A stretch of 62,776 nt of DNA, counting the filler, from Diploschistes diacapsis (taxonomy: Eukaryota), in NCBI GenBank assembly GCA_023645945.1. It is 6 parts of 6 records of this genome, joined end to end, with 100 filler letters (N's around TTAATTAATTAA, not from the genome) between each part and the next. Parts side by side here need not be neighbours in the genome. Positions count along the whole stretch, not along the records: positions 10,497 to 20,891 come from JALAIB010000931.1; positions 20,992 to 31,384 come from JALAIB010000932.1; 4 more parts are not named here. The stretch is one strand, 5' to 3'. The notes under the pieces were generated by a model. That model had not been told where the DNA came from, searched no databases, and saw nothing but the letters and a program-made list of their open reading frames with translations. Of this stretch, positions 11,668-23,905 are shown piece by piece. Within the stretch, counting starts at the first letter, position 1. Each line of letters starts with the position of its first letter. The translations under genes were made by a program, and so were the position numbers.

Positions 11668-11820
11668 CAGTGTTATGACAGATCCGGATCTGAAGTGGAT
11701 CCCCCCACGGTAGTCAGAAGAAGGCCCTAACTGCTGATACACCTGGGGTACAAATTACATAAGGGCCGAAGCGGGCGTAGCTGATCCCAGATCCAATTCA
11801 GATCCGGATCTGTCATAACA
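11668..11820. mobile_element. Small MITE-like element with about 30-bp inverted ends
   Basis: TGTTATGACAGATCCGGATCTGAAGTGGATC at 11671 and GATCCAATTCAGATCCGGATCTGTCATAACA ending at 11820. No clear TSD. Confidence 0.6.
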
Positions 11821-12017
11821 ATTTGTATCGGACCCGTAGAGGCAAGATTTTGGCGGACTACTATACGAATGAAGCTCGATGCTGATACGCCTGAATTCTT
11901 CAAACGTAGTCTACTTGTACGATGCCATATAACTTCAACTGAATTTGCCTCACCGCAGGTTCGAGCTGTTTTCTTGTTACTCGTATCACTCAACGGCAGT
12001 CTACATAACTTCCAACC

Positions 12018-15000
12018 ATGATATCAAAGTCACGAAACCCTACACTTAAGCTGCTTGTCGTTGCCAATGTATTGCTGCTGGTTGCCATCTTGACATTTGC
12101 CGTGGGCTTCTTTCCACACAAGCCTTTTCTACCAGGAATCAGTACCAAAATAGATGGCTATGAAGACGGCTCCCAGGATCCCCCTTTTGGGAAAATTGTA
12201 TTTATGGTCGTCGACGCTTTGCGAAGGTGATACCTGTCAACGAATATGTCAATAACTCTAACATTATATTAGTGACTTTGTTTATTCGGAATACTCTGGC
12301 TTCTCTTTCCTCCAAGGGTACCTATGATGCTTGGCTTAAAAAGCCCTTGAGTTAATCCTATACCTTCCAGGCTCATACGTTCTGGTGCTGCTATCCCATA
12401 TACCGCGCATGCTAGCTCTCCTACCATTACTATGCCTCGGGTCAAAGCTATGACTACGGGCTCAATACCCTCCTTTCTCGATGTGATTTTAAACTTTGCA
12501 GAGTCTGACACAACTTCCACGCTTGCAACCCAAGACTCTTGGCCCTTGCAGCTTAGCCTACAGCAGGGGGCCAAACTGGCTTTCTATGGTGATGACACCT
12601 GGCTGAAGCTTTTCCCGAATCTCTTTTCGAGGGCGGATGGCACGACGAGCTTCTTCGTTTCGGTCAGTGGGCTCCGTCAAACATGTACAAGTAGATAGTA
12701 TTGAGCTGAGACTTGATACTAGGATTTCACAGAAGTTGACAACAATGTAACAAGACACATTGATGCAGAGCTGCAAAATGCAGATTGGAATGGCATCATC
12801 ATGCACTATCTCGGACTAGATCACATAGGCCACAAATCAGGGCCATATAGGTAGGCCGTGGCGATGAAAAGTGAGTGGTGAACCACGCAAAGCTGAGCCC
12901 TTCTAGCCCCAACATGCTCCCAAAGCAGAGAGAAATGGACGGAATTGTGCAGCGAATCTATACCGCAATGGACTCACATAAGCACTTAGAATCCACGATG
13001 CTCGTCTTGTGCGGCGACCACGGGATGAACGATGCTGGTAATCACGGAGGATCTGCCCCTGGAGAGACATCTCCTGCGCTTGTGTTCATATCGCCCAAGC
13101 TGAAGGCGATTTCCAAGGGCCTGCCCTCCCCGTTGGAAGAACCAGAACCAGAACTCCAATTCTATACCACGGTCCAGCAGTCAGATCTAGTCCCTACACT
13201 CGCAGGCTTGCTCGGCTTTCCTATCCCCCTTAATAATTTGGGAGTTTTCATACCTGAATTGCTCGAGTTTTGGCCCCAAGGTGTGTGCAACCCATGCTGC
13301 ACTGATATGTATAACTGACAGATTCGGAAGATCAGCGGATAGACTTACTCAAGGCTAATGCCGAGCAAATATTGAACATCCTGCGTCAAGCCTACGGCAC
13401 TATCGATTTCGATGCAGAACCATCTTTTGAAACATGTTCATCGCCTGAGGATGATGGAACGCTTCTTCACTGCAAATGGGCGGCAGCAAGGAATTTCAGG
13501 GAAGATCGGAAGACGCATACTACTACGGAAACGCTCCTTGAGGTGATCCCTTCATCCTTGGAACAACATCAACGCTGATCAAGCTCAGTTCCTTTTGATC
13601 GCCCAGAGGACTATGAGTAGTACGGCTAGCAACTATGACATTTTCATGCTTGGGCTTGGCACCGGTCTTGCGATGGTCTCTACGATCCTAACTTTATCCC
13701 CAGGTTTAGAGACTTTTGCTCGAAGCCGGTTAAGGGTGCGTTCTCGCTGCTCGTGTATCTGGATAACCTTTATTTCCGTGTCTTACGGTCTTACAATGTT
13801 TGCTAGTAGCTACGTGGAAGAAGAGCATCATTACTGGAATTGGATGAGCTCTGGATGGTTAGCCTGGTTGTTCCTGACGAGGTAAGAAGAATATACCTAC
13901 ACTCCATGTGCCACACTGACCAAGTATAGGTATAGGAAGGAGGATCCCATGTCAGCTTGTTTGACAGCACTAGCCCTTGGTGTTGGTCGCATAATTCGTC
14001 GCTGGAACCAAACAGGTCAGAAGCAGGCGGGCAGTCCTGATATCGTGAAGACATTTCTGTCTCCCAGTCACTTATTGCTTTGGAGTTTGGTCATCCTCGC
14101 CTACTTATACTTTGGAGCAAACTTGACCCGCGGCAGAGGTTCGAATTTACCTCCTTTGTTTTGGGCACTGTCAGTCACTGGCGTATCTGCGGCTCTGAGC
14201 TTTAAGATAGCTTTCACTAGAGCAGATGCTCCCGAACTGTTAGCCAATGTACCGTTGCCAACCTGGGCCCTGGACGTGATTTGTATGCCTCCACTGATCC
14301 ACCAGGCTCAATTAGTATTTGCCAGCTTATTAGGAATCACTGCATATAATTTTTCACAGAGGACAGCGTTAACGACGCTCAAGGGGCAAAGTCAGCTAGG
14401 TCTGCAAGCAAGCTATCCGTAATTACATCGCATATAGTTTGATCCACTGATGACTTCTAGGCGGATTATATCTGGCAAACAGCGTCTTGAGCATATTCCT
14501 AATAACACAAACAAGGGTTACCAATATACCATTGCTCTTACTATTCACATTCCAGCTGGCGGTCCTGGATAAACTTGATTTGAGCATTGACGAACTAACA
14601 ATCTCTCTCGTCCTTTTCCAGCATATGGCATTCTTCGCCTATGGTGGATCTAACGCCATTTCATCCGTAGATCTCTCAAATGCCTACAATGGTGTTGGAG
14701 GCTACAACGTTGCGGCTGTCGGCGGCTTGACGTTTGTGAGTAATTGGGCTGGGCCAATCTGGTGGTCGAGTGGGCTGCTGGTGCTCCTAGCCCGGAGAGC
14801 TGGTGATACTTGGCTTGCTTTTCAAAAGCAAGTCCATAAGCTGACTTTATTCGTGTGCATAAGCATCCTATCCGTCATGATGGCATGCACAATCCTTCGA
14901 GCCCATCTTTTTATTTGGACCGTTTTTTCGCCAAAATTTCTGTTCAGCATGGCTTGGATTTTTGGACACCACATCGGTGTGAATATCCTTCTCAGCGCCT

Positions 15001-15029
15001 TGATGCTGCTACTGGTCCCTCAAACCTAG
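12018..15029 (+). CDS. LAS21: GPI ethanolamine phosphate transferase 2 (GPI7/LAS21/PIGG), multi-exon
   Basis: FMVVDALR|SDF, SSPTITMPRVKAMTTGSIPSFLD, FYGDDTWLKLFP, HYLGLDHIGH, LCGDHGMNDAGNHGGS, FASSYVEEEH, GGSNAISSVDLSNAYNG and LRAHLFIWTVFSPKF, with several short GT-AG introns. Confidence 0.95.
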
Positions 15030-15270
15030 AGCAGAAAATTATTGGGGGCTGTGGTGTGGTATTGTGCAAATGCAGTCTGTCAATCCTAGAATCCTAGAAT
15101 GCAACCGTATACCATGTCGAGTAAATCTTCCGTAGTGCTTGCCCCTAACTGTGCCTCCTCCTTCAGCCGTCGTATTATAGTGCCCCATGTATCCTCCGTT
15201 CATTTCTCAACGTCCTTTGCCTCCCTGGAATCACGTGCAGACAATGGAGTGGTCACGTCCCCGTTGCAGG

Positions 15271-15722
15271 TTATTCGACGACAGTGCTATGTCTGCCCGA
15301 GGTTAAAGATTCGATGCCATTACTGCTCTGCAACGAGTGCGGATCACGCTCTAGACAGGCACTGATCTTTGCCAAAACGCCGAGCAGCACAAGCGCCATA
15401 GCACAGAATTGCGGATCAGAGGTCAGTCGAGAGAATGCTCTTGGTTCGCACGTTAGATCTCGGTAGAAGTACGTGTAGTTTATACATACAGATGGCACCT
15501 TGGCACAATGTTTACTTTCAGATGTTGGACTTGATCATGTATAGATTGTGTTTCTGATGATAGCAATAAGCTGGCAGTATATCTCCGTAACAGGGAAAGC
15601 CATCTCCACCATGCAGACGACCTGTGTTGGTTCTTATTGCGGTATATAACCAAATCCAAAAGCTTCTTTGCGTGCGTTAAATCCCCGATAGACTCCGTAC
15701 GTAACCTCGTCATGCAGATCAT
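15271..15722 (-). CDS. RMP1: RNase MRP subunit RMP1-like protein (2 or more exons; 3' end uncertain)
   Basis: YRNKNQHRSSAWWRWLSLLRR, then IVPRCHL, an intron, and AFSRLTSDPQFCAMALVLLGVLAKI. Confidence 0.75.
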
Positions 15723-15841
15723 TAAGGAATATTCGGTAGAGAATTGATAGGATTGAATTTCAGGCTTGCTGTTATATATTCTTGTGCATGCTATGTAGAG
15801 TGGGGTCCCAAAAGTAGTTAAGTAACGTGTTTGACGGCTTA

Positions 15842-16980
15842 TATTATTCTGCCTTATGGAACCGTTAGTAAATACTTTTAATAATAATCTAGTTTGACCG
15901 CCGCGATTACGATTACCGAAATATTTAAATTTATTAATAATTTATATTAAAATTTAAGTCACTTTATAATTTATAAGATTTTTAATAAAAATATAATAAA
16001 TTTAAAGCTCTATATACGCGTATATATAAAAAATATGGTGTTAAGATTATATAAAATTTCTCCCCCTTTCCTTCTAACGGCGTTAAGGTCGTTTTTTATT
16101 TCTTTTCCGTGTTCTTTATTCTTTTTTAACCAGCCTATCTTCCGCGCGACGTCGTATCTCGTCAGCGAGGCCGCCTACGGCGTTTAAAAAGGCGCGTATA
16201 AAATCGTCGCGGGTCTCGGGCGGTTTCCGCTCCGCCGCAGCCTTTTAATCGTAAAAAGAGGCCTGTAAACCCTTTAAAATCTCTCTAAACTGTCGTAATT
16301 AGTAGAAAATCGCGTTTAAAAAGGGCTATTTATCTGCCGTCGACGACGTTAAGTTTTCGCGGGGAGCCTAATATCGTTAACGCTGCGAAAGGCGCGCGAG
16401 ACGTTTTTAAGCTCGTAATTTAAAATAACTTATTGCGTAATAAATATCCGAAAAACGTTCGATTTTTTAATCTTAACGTTATTTTCGTCGATTATTAACG
16501 GCGAATCGACACGTTATTATCGATATCGATAAAACGCGTCGAATTCCGTCGTAAACATTTTAAAAACGTTCGCGACGGTTAATAAACGCGTTCTTTTCTT
16601 AAAAAGGCCCGGGGGAAAGCTATAAAACCTTTTAGTCGAAGATAAAGATAATAGCGGCGACGAAACGACGCGATCGCGATCGGGCGCAACGGGCGAGAAT
16701 AGATCGAAGATATAAACGTCGTTAGGATCGTTAACGTCGATAACGACGTCGAAAGTTATAAACGGCGGCGTAAGTAGGTTAAACATCGTGTATTTATTGA
16801 ATATATTAATAAAAGAAAAAAAATGGAAGAAAAAATTGAAGTAAACAATAAAAAAGTAAACAAACAAGAAAGGGTTTCCGAAGTACCTGATGCTCTATAT
16901 AAATTTATATGGTGTAATAAGTATTCCCGGAAAATCCAATATATCTGTAAATTATAGATGTTTTATAAGGTAGAATAATA
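15842..16980 (-). mobile_element. Unclassified 1.14-kb element with TG..CA terminal inverted repeats, RIP-mutated
   Basis: Left end TATTATTCTGCCTTATGG; right end TATAAGGTAGAATAATA (consensus TGTTATTCTGCCTTATG). Homologous to 40673-41874 in the opposite orientation. Confidence 0.7.
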
Positions 16981-18328
16981 TTTCCCGTTTTAGGATGTAT
17001 CTCTTTTTGAATTCTCGTTTTAATTGTTCGATATTGGACGCAGGTTTATAACTTTTTAAAATTCCGCGTCTCTTCGAGCTGGAACATCTAGATTATTAAT
17101 GTATTTGCTTTCTTTAGAGTAAGTTCTTTTTATGTCTTTCTGTAACTTTAATATAAAAATGATTTTACTGCTTTTAAAGAAACTCTTTTACAGATGTGCG
17201 ACTACGAAAAACAGATATTTAGATGCACGTTTCAGTATCATATTGTACTTGCATGGTATGAAAAGTACTAGAAAACTTATATGCGATATATTCTATATAT
17301 TGTGAAATAGACTGATGTGAAAGAGAAATGCCGTAAATCCTTTCTTTTATATAAAGCAATATGTATGTTAATGATTTCAACGACATGCAACGACAATAGA
17401 AATTCTTTAAAATCAAGAATATTAACCGTATGTTTAGTATCATACAGTATATCTAGAGGTAATAACTTAAGTTAGCCTATAACGTCATCTTATTTAACTT
17501 AACTTCACTTAAGTTATTCAGTAGTCGTAGATGATACAAAAAAGAAAGCTTCAATTAGCTAAAACATGCCTACCGTAGTTAATCATTCGAGAGCACAGAC
17601 TGGTGCATTTATTACATAGCGTAGCTGTTGGGTATAACATATAACCGTTATAGCCGCTTTATCCGCGTTAATTAGCTCGGGGGTTCTTTTATAATGATGT
17701 TATTAATATTATTATAGGTATGTAGGTAGTCGCTTGCTTGCGAAGTAGGTTCTCTCGAGAAGTACGAAAGTGCACGATTTAAGAAGAGGTAATATAAGAG
17801 GTATTTCACGACGATACGATTTGGCTGGGTTTTTTGTATTCTTAGTTTTTTCTGATTAAAGTGCGAGTTCTTTTTGTTTTGTACGTATAAGAAAGATAGT
17901 GCGAGGAGTTGATAATAGAATCGGATACTTACGTAGTTAATTAATTACGTAATAACGTAATATAGATTTAGGGTTTATTGTTATATAGAAATCGGGGGAA
18001 AGAGCGTTATAAAAAAGTATCGATTGCGAAGTTTTTAAAAAGAGTTAATAGTACGTATATAATTTAGAAGTAAATCGACCGTTAATTATAGATTTACTTT
18101 ATAGTGCCGAAATAAATAAAAGAAGTGAAAGATCTTGAATTATTAAGGAGTGCCTTAAAGAATACTTGGATGTCCCTTTCCTTAAAATTTATAAATTTAA
18201 ATCTTATAAATTATCGGAATGACTTATGTATTATTTATTAAGTTTTAAGGACTAAATATAGAGTTAATAATTTATAGAAGTATTAGGCGCCACGAACAGG
18301 TCGGAGATCAGGTATTACTGTGGTTTTA

Positions 18329-18435
18329 CAGCATTAGTCCAAAAATAGTTAGGTATATCATAAGCGGCAGTAAAAGAGTTGACTGTCTTTTTACTGCCGT
18401 TTATGGTGTATTTAACTACTTTTGGTATCTGACTG
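18329..18435 (-). mobile_element. Tc1/mariner-type MITE, mutated copy
   Basis: TA-flanked hairpin of about 107 bp; reverse-orientation homolog of 21606-21711. Confidence 0.85.
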
Positions 18436-18689
18436 TATGTAGGAGTGGATTGCGAAGTAAAGTTTATTACAGATAAGACCTCTCTCGTAAAATAATTTCG
18501 AGAACGAGATATGGTAGCTTGTTCTTTAGGGCGAAACATTCCATTGCAGTTAATAATTTATTTCTAAGCGAAGCGTAGGATTATAATTGCAGATTAATGT
18601 GTTTATGGGCGCAGAAAAAACCGTAGATAAGAAATTAACTCCGAAAGTATCTTGTCAGGGGTTTAATTGGCCGAACTTAATTGTAGCTA

Positions 18690-18721
18690 AACTGGACTGA
18701 ACTGAACTGAACTGAACTGAA
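18690..18721. repeat. (ACTGA)n microsatellite
   Basis: actggactgaactgaactgaactgaactgaa. Confidence 0.85.
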
Positions 18722-19199
18722 TTTCTCGTTATGTTTATGTTTCTCGTTTTCGTGTTTCTCGTTCTCGCCAGTAATCCTTTTTATTTAGTATCTTTAGTAT
18801 GTCTTCCGGTATTCATCGTTGTGGTCATTATAAAGTACTTAAATCCTCTAATTAATTCAAAATACTCGCCAATGATCGATTTACGAAAACTTATATTAAT
18901 TATTTCGAGGTAACGTATCTTTTTTATATTGTTATATAGGTGTGTGATATCGTTTAGGTAGTAACTCGTTAACGTTATATAGCTATTATAATCAACGATC
19001 CCGTCATAACGACTAAATCTAAACCAAAACGTCGAAAATAACGGTCTTTAAGTGAACTTAATATTAACTTTTAAGTCGGCGAGTTTTTAATAATAGCGGT
19101 AGTACGTCCAGCAGTATACGCGTTAAGATATCATCGTTTTTAAAACATAACTGGTTCTTAGAACCAGTTTAGGCGCTATAATGATATTAAATCTCGAGT

Positions 19200-20891
19200 C
19201 CAGAAAAGGCGTTTGCGACAAAAACAAAAGAATGAAATTCTTTCGCAGCCGACCCCGTCGTCCTCGCAACGCATATCGTTGTTAACACGAATGAATCCTA
19301 TTCCGTTTCGATGTTTATTTGAATCTGAATTTAAATCTGAATTTAAACCTGAATCTCGAGTTGAACTTGATATAAGATACTTTCTTTCGATTATTGCGGA
19401 TGAATTCGGGGATGATATATTCGTTAATAATGATACCCGATAAATAAAGGCCGTTGACGACGAAGACTGGTCTCTTATTAAAGAATTTAATCGCTAGATG
19501 GATGCGGTTTAGTTTCAGACTTGTAACGTATGTCAGGAATAGTGGTTCGATATGAATATAGGTGGGAACGGCGTTTATAAACGCTGTAATAAGGTCAGAT
19601 TTAGGATTAATAAGTTTTCTAAACTGAACTTTATAGATCTAAATGAATTTCCTTTATATTTACCTAGACTGACTAAAGTTAAAGAAATGTTTATTATTAG
19701 ATGTTATGTTCATATGTCGATTATCCGCATCAGAGATACATAGTATAAGTATACAGATCATACTTATTATTTCATATAAAATAATAATAAGGTTTTTAAA
19801 AGATTATTTGTCCTATTTGAAAATCTAAATTTTCTATTATTTAAGCCTCCTACACGTATTATTAAAAAAAAGGAAACAGTTATTAGGATTTATGCTCGCA
19901 ATCTTATCGTTCGTCGAAAGGTTATCGTAACGTGGTTTGATTTCTTGAAACGTAATTATCCTGATTATTTAGACGTCGAAATTGAATAGGATACTTTAGG
20001 TTCGTTATCTGAATATGGTTCTATACACGACTGTATTTTATTTCAACGTTAGTTTACGCGAGTAGTATTTGAATCTGGATTTTAATTTGAACTTGAACCG
20101 GAACCTGAACCTGAAACTGAACTTGAATCTAGGGATACCGACGAAGACGATAAGGAATTGCCGCGTAATGTGAATACCTTGGTATTAAATTTCGATATCG
20201 ATAATAATATGATTTCAGAATAAGAAACCTTTCGGATTCTTTTGAACGATTTTGAACCTAAACCGTCAATAAATCCGCGTATATTAATCCTATCGTAATC
20301 GAATGTGGACGAGTCTGTTACACTTTCGATACCTGAGATCATAAATATTCCTATTAATGAATAGAATGTTGCCTATAATCTTTATACGATAACATTTCTA
20401 ATCTTCTTTCCTTTCGGTTCAGCTGATCTGAATCCCTCGCGCGGTCGTATAAGGTCTATATTGATGAAAGATATTTGAACTTGGGCCGAGCATCTTTTGA
20501 AATATAAAGACGGTAGATTCGGGAGATATGTTCGTTTCCGATTTATGGTTTTTAATATGCATTATCGTCGAATTATTCGAAAATAAGCTGCGTATGTTAC
20601 GACGAAGATTGTACGTCCGGATAGCGGTATTATAAATATAGAATACCTTTAGGAGTTTATTAAGGAAGGTGATACGGATAGATTGTCGAATATGATTGTT
20701 CAATACGTTATTAATATATTAAGCGGACGTCCTTTCTAAATTAAAAAACGTAAGGAATTATAGAGTATAATTTATAATATCGGGTCGTTTTTGTTGTTTT
20801 TTATCTTTAGTGCTGCGGACGTGTAATAGCCGGATTTATATAGGTTTATGTCGGGTTTAATTGAACTTTTAGTTATTAATGTTCCGGAACG
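19200..20891 (+). mobile_element. Helitron-type Rep/helicase gene relic (DUF6570-like and Helitron_like_N regions), RIP-mutated, cut by contig end
   Basis: CNVCQE*WFDM; LPRLTKVKEMFIIRCYVHM; YKYTDH; VRRKVIVTWFDFLKRNYPDY; IPINE; FFPFGSADL; WAEHLLKYKDGRFGRYVRFRFMVFN; LFFIFSAADV**PDL (compare LFxTxSAADxxWPDL). Many TAA/TAG stops. Confidence 0.85.
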
Positions 20892-21605
20892 NNNNNNNNN
20901 NNNNNNNNNNNNNNNNNNNNNNNNNNNNNNNNNNNTTAATTAATTAANNNNNNNNNNNNNNNNNNNNNNNNNNNNNNNNNNNNNNNNNNNNATTAAAGAT
21001 TTATTAATCTTATTATTTATAGCATTAAAACGTTTTAATTAAAGCTAATAAATTATAAAGATAGAAAAAGAGTGAACTAACTGATTTTATTAGGAATAAA
21101 TAGACTAGAACGGTATATTTATAAAAAGGAAGTTGATTAAAAGGAGTGTTTTATGAACATAAAAAGTAATTAATGAACGAATCGCTTATATTTTAATAGG
21201 AAAGGATGTAGTTTTATTACGGAATTAAGTTCTAAGTCCGAAAAAACTTGACAGAATACCTTTTATTTGTAAATCTGTAGCTAGACAATTTAAACACACC
21301 ATGCAATCGAATCACAATAGCATAGTCGCGAAAGTGATTTTGCTGCAAAGCTGCGTCCCTATAGAGGAGGTTACACAGTACCTCGTGAAAGCTTTCCGGA
21401 ATGCTTTAATAGAAGGTGATCTTCTTCGCTGAAGCTGCTTATCGGTATTGTCCGCAAAGCGACTCTCGATAACATTGGACCTCGTATAAAGAATGTCATG
21501 TCGAAGGCTTCTAGAATGGCGCAACCGTGCACCTGGATAAAGCGGCTGCCAGCCGGAAGTGGCCGGTACCTTAATAGGGCTTACGTGAAATTTTGACACG
21601 TTATA

Positions 21606-21711
21606 CAGTCAGGTGCCAAAAGTAGTTAGGTACACCATAAGCGGCAGTAAATAAACAGTCAGCTCTTTACTGCCGCTTATGGTGTACCTAACTACTTTTG
21701 GCCTAGTACTG
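21606..21711 (+). mobile_element. Tc1/mariner-type MITE, 106 bp
   Basis: TA-CAGT...ACTG-TA, with perfect inverted arms GCCAAAAGTAGTTAGGTACACCATAAGCGGCAGTAAA. Confidence 0.9.
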
Positions 21712-22001
21712 TATATCCCTGACTGCAAACTGGTTCTTCGTCACTAAACGCATAATTTATCTTCACGAATATAATACACGGGAGCTAGACCTAGTTTATT
21801 GGGTTTCTCACGCAAACAGGCTCGCGATCCCAAAGCCAGTGAGATTTTACCATTTATCATAAGCACAAGTCAGGTTCCAAGTTCTACCTGCTTTCAGCTC
21901 GAGCTCTAGCGCTAAGTGGCCCCCTTTTTCAAGAGCCCTTGTTGCAAGGCCCTAACGCGCCAAAATCACTCTATACAAAAGGTCCGTAACTAATGCAGAT
22001 G

Positions 22002-23062
22002 TCAAGCAAGAAAAGCCCAAGCAAAGATAAACAACGAAATATAGGCAGATGTACCGCCTCTCAGTGCAACTGCATTACTCGAGCTCTGTGCTGGTAACAA
22101 GCTGCTAGTAACGGTTGCTCCTGTAGAAGAATTAGCAACCGCAAGTGTCGTGCTAGTACTTTGACTAGTAACAACAATCACAGCACTCGAAGTCAGGGAC
22201 ATGATCACTGCGGAATCCGGCATCGTGGCGGAAGCGGCTGCCGCAGAAGCCGATCCAACTACTTGTGAAGCTTGAGACGCGAATGATTGGATAGCAGAAA
22301 CTCCAGCGGCAGCAGTCATTGAAGTCACAGCTGGGGCTGATCCTAGAGAACTTTGCGATTGTTGCGCTGGTGACGAAGTAGCCACCGCTGGGAGCGGCGA
22401 ACTAGCTGGCAGCGGCTGTTGCGAACTTTGAGAGCCTTTGCTACTTCCAGCATTCTGTACCTGCATGCCAATCCCAGCCAATGCTGGTTGCAGCTTGTTC
22501 TTCGCTAGAAAGCCCTCAACGTCAAAGGTTGAGCCTAATGAGGGCACGTAGACTGGCGAAAAAGGGTCGTTGAATTGCTGGAACATCAGGAAGCTGTAGT
22601 TCCTTAGACCAGTATCTCCGAGTGTGCCTGGACCTTTGTAGACTTGTACTGGCTGGGCATGGGAAGAAATGGCGGTTTTGTCTTCTGTTGCCTGGAACCC
22701 AGGTTGTAGGTAGTGAAGTACCCGTTGATCGTCACTAGTGGTGTCAAGCATCATGAGAATAGTGGTCAATTGTGTATTGACCCCGGAGGCGTCTCCGAAT
22801 GCAAAAGTAGGCGTTTGGAAGGTTTCTTGTCTATGTTCAGCTCCAATCAAGTAGACACGAATACGAGGCGTAATGGGCACATACGTTGTGGAGTGAACAG
22901 GGTACCATCTGTGAAGCCATTATCAGATTGCTCATCGTAGGATACCTGGATTGAGATATCTTCCGGATCAAAAGCCGAGGAAAGATCGGATGGCACAGAC
23001 TGTTGCGCTTGGCTTAACGGGTAGGCCCCTAAAGCAGTTAGAAGGCAGATGATGCTATACAT
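22002..23062 (-). CDS. Secreted, probably GPI-anchored PEBP-like protein with Ser/Thr/Ala-rich tail
   Basis: Signal peptide; intron at about 22884-22831; ILMMLDTT, RVLHYLQ, YKGPG and RNYSFLMFQQ resemble the PEBP fold; hydrophobic C-terminus. Confidence 0.7.
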
Positions 23063-23866
23063 GCTGATCGAATGGAAAGGAACTATTGGTCAAAATAGGA
23101 GTACAAACGAGACGAAGTGAATGCACAGGATCGATAAGAAAAGAAAAGAATCTTTTTTTGAATATATCATCTATTCTTCATTGCAATATGCTGCATGAAA
23201 GCAAATCGCTTAATTGAAGCAAATGTCGGCTTGTCATTATTGCTGCAAAGGCAATAGTAGTTAGACCATCTCCTTCTCGGCGTAGAATCGCCTGCCTGAG
23301 TCTTTATACGTTTCAGAGCATTATGCGAAAACCGAACTTGAAGGGAATTCATCCCATTCGGATTTAGCCCATCTCCCTGTTGAGTAATTCCGAGTCCTGC
23401 TCGACCCATAAACCTTCTTGCTGCTTTACTGCTTGCTTTGTTAATAATCGCCACGTGCAAAATAGTAATTCAATAGCGCTAACGCCACTAAAAATCACGA
23501 GCGGGATGCAATCGCAATGATGGCTTTGCGGTTGCGTAAATGGTGGCTAGAACAAGATAGCTGCGTTGATGTAAGGGTTACAATGCGATCTGCAGCTGGG
23601 ATCTTCTTAAAATATGCTGAAGTTGAGTTGAAAGAACCCACGATAGAATACATTGCATAATAAATGGTCAGAGATAGAGCAAGCAGATACAACCCCGAGT
23701 TCCGCATACTGAATCCTGACCTGGTGATAGTCGGTCCCACAAGTTGCCCTTAGAGATAGGAGGCATTTTTACATTGTCCCCCGCGTCAGTGCCTGAGGAT
23801 ACACGAGTCACCCGTGCCGGACAAGAAGAGCCTCAAAGCTGGAAGCCTCAACCTCGTGGCAGATAG

Positions 23867-23905
23867 TAGGTAGGTAGGTAGGTAGGTAGGTAGGTAGGTA
23901 GGTAG
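23867..23905. repeat. (TAGG)n microsatellite
   Basis: About 10 tandem TAGG units. Confidence 0.95.
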
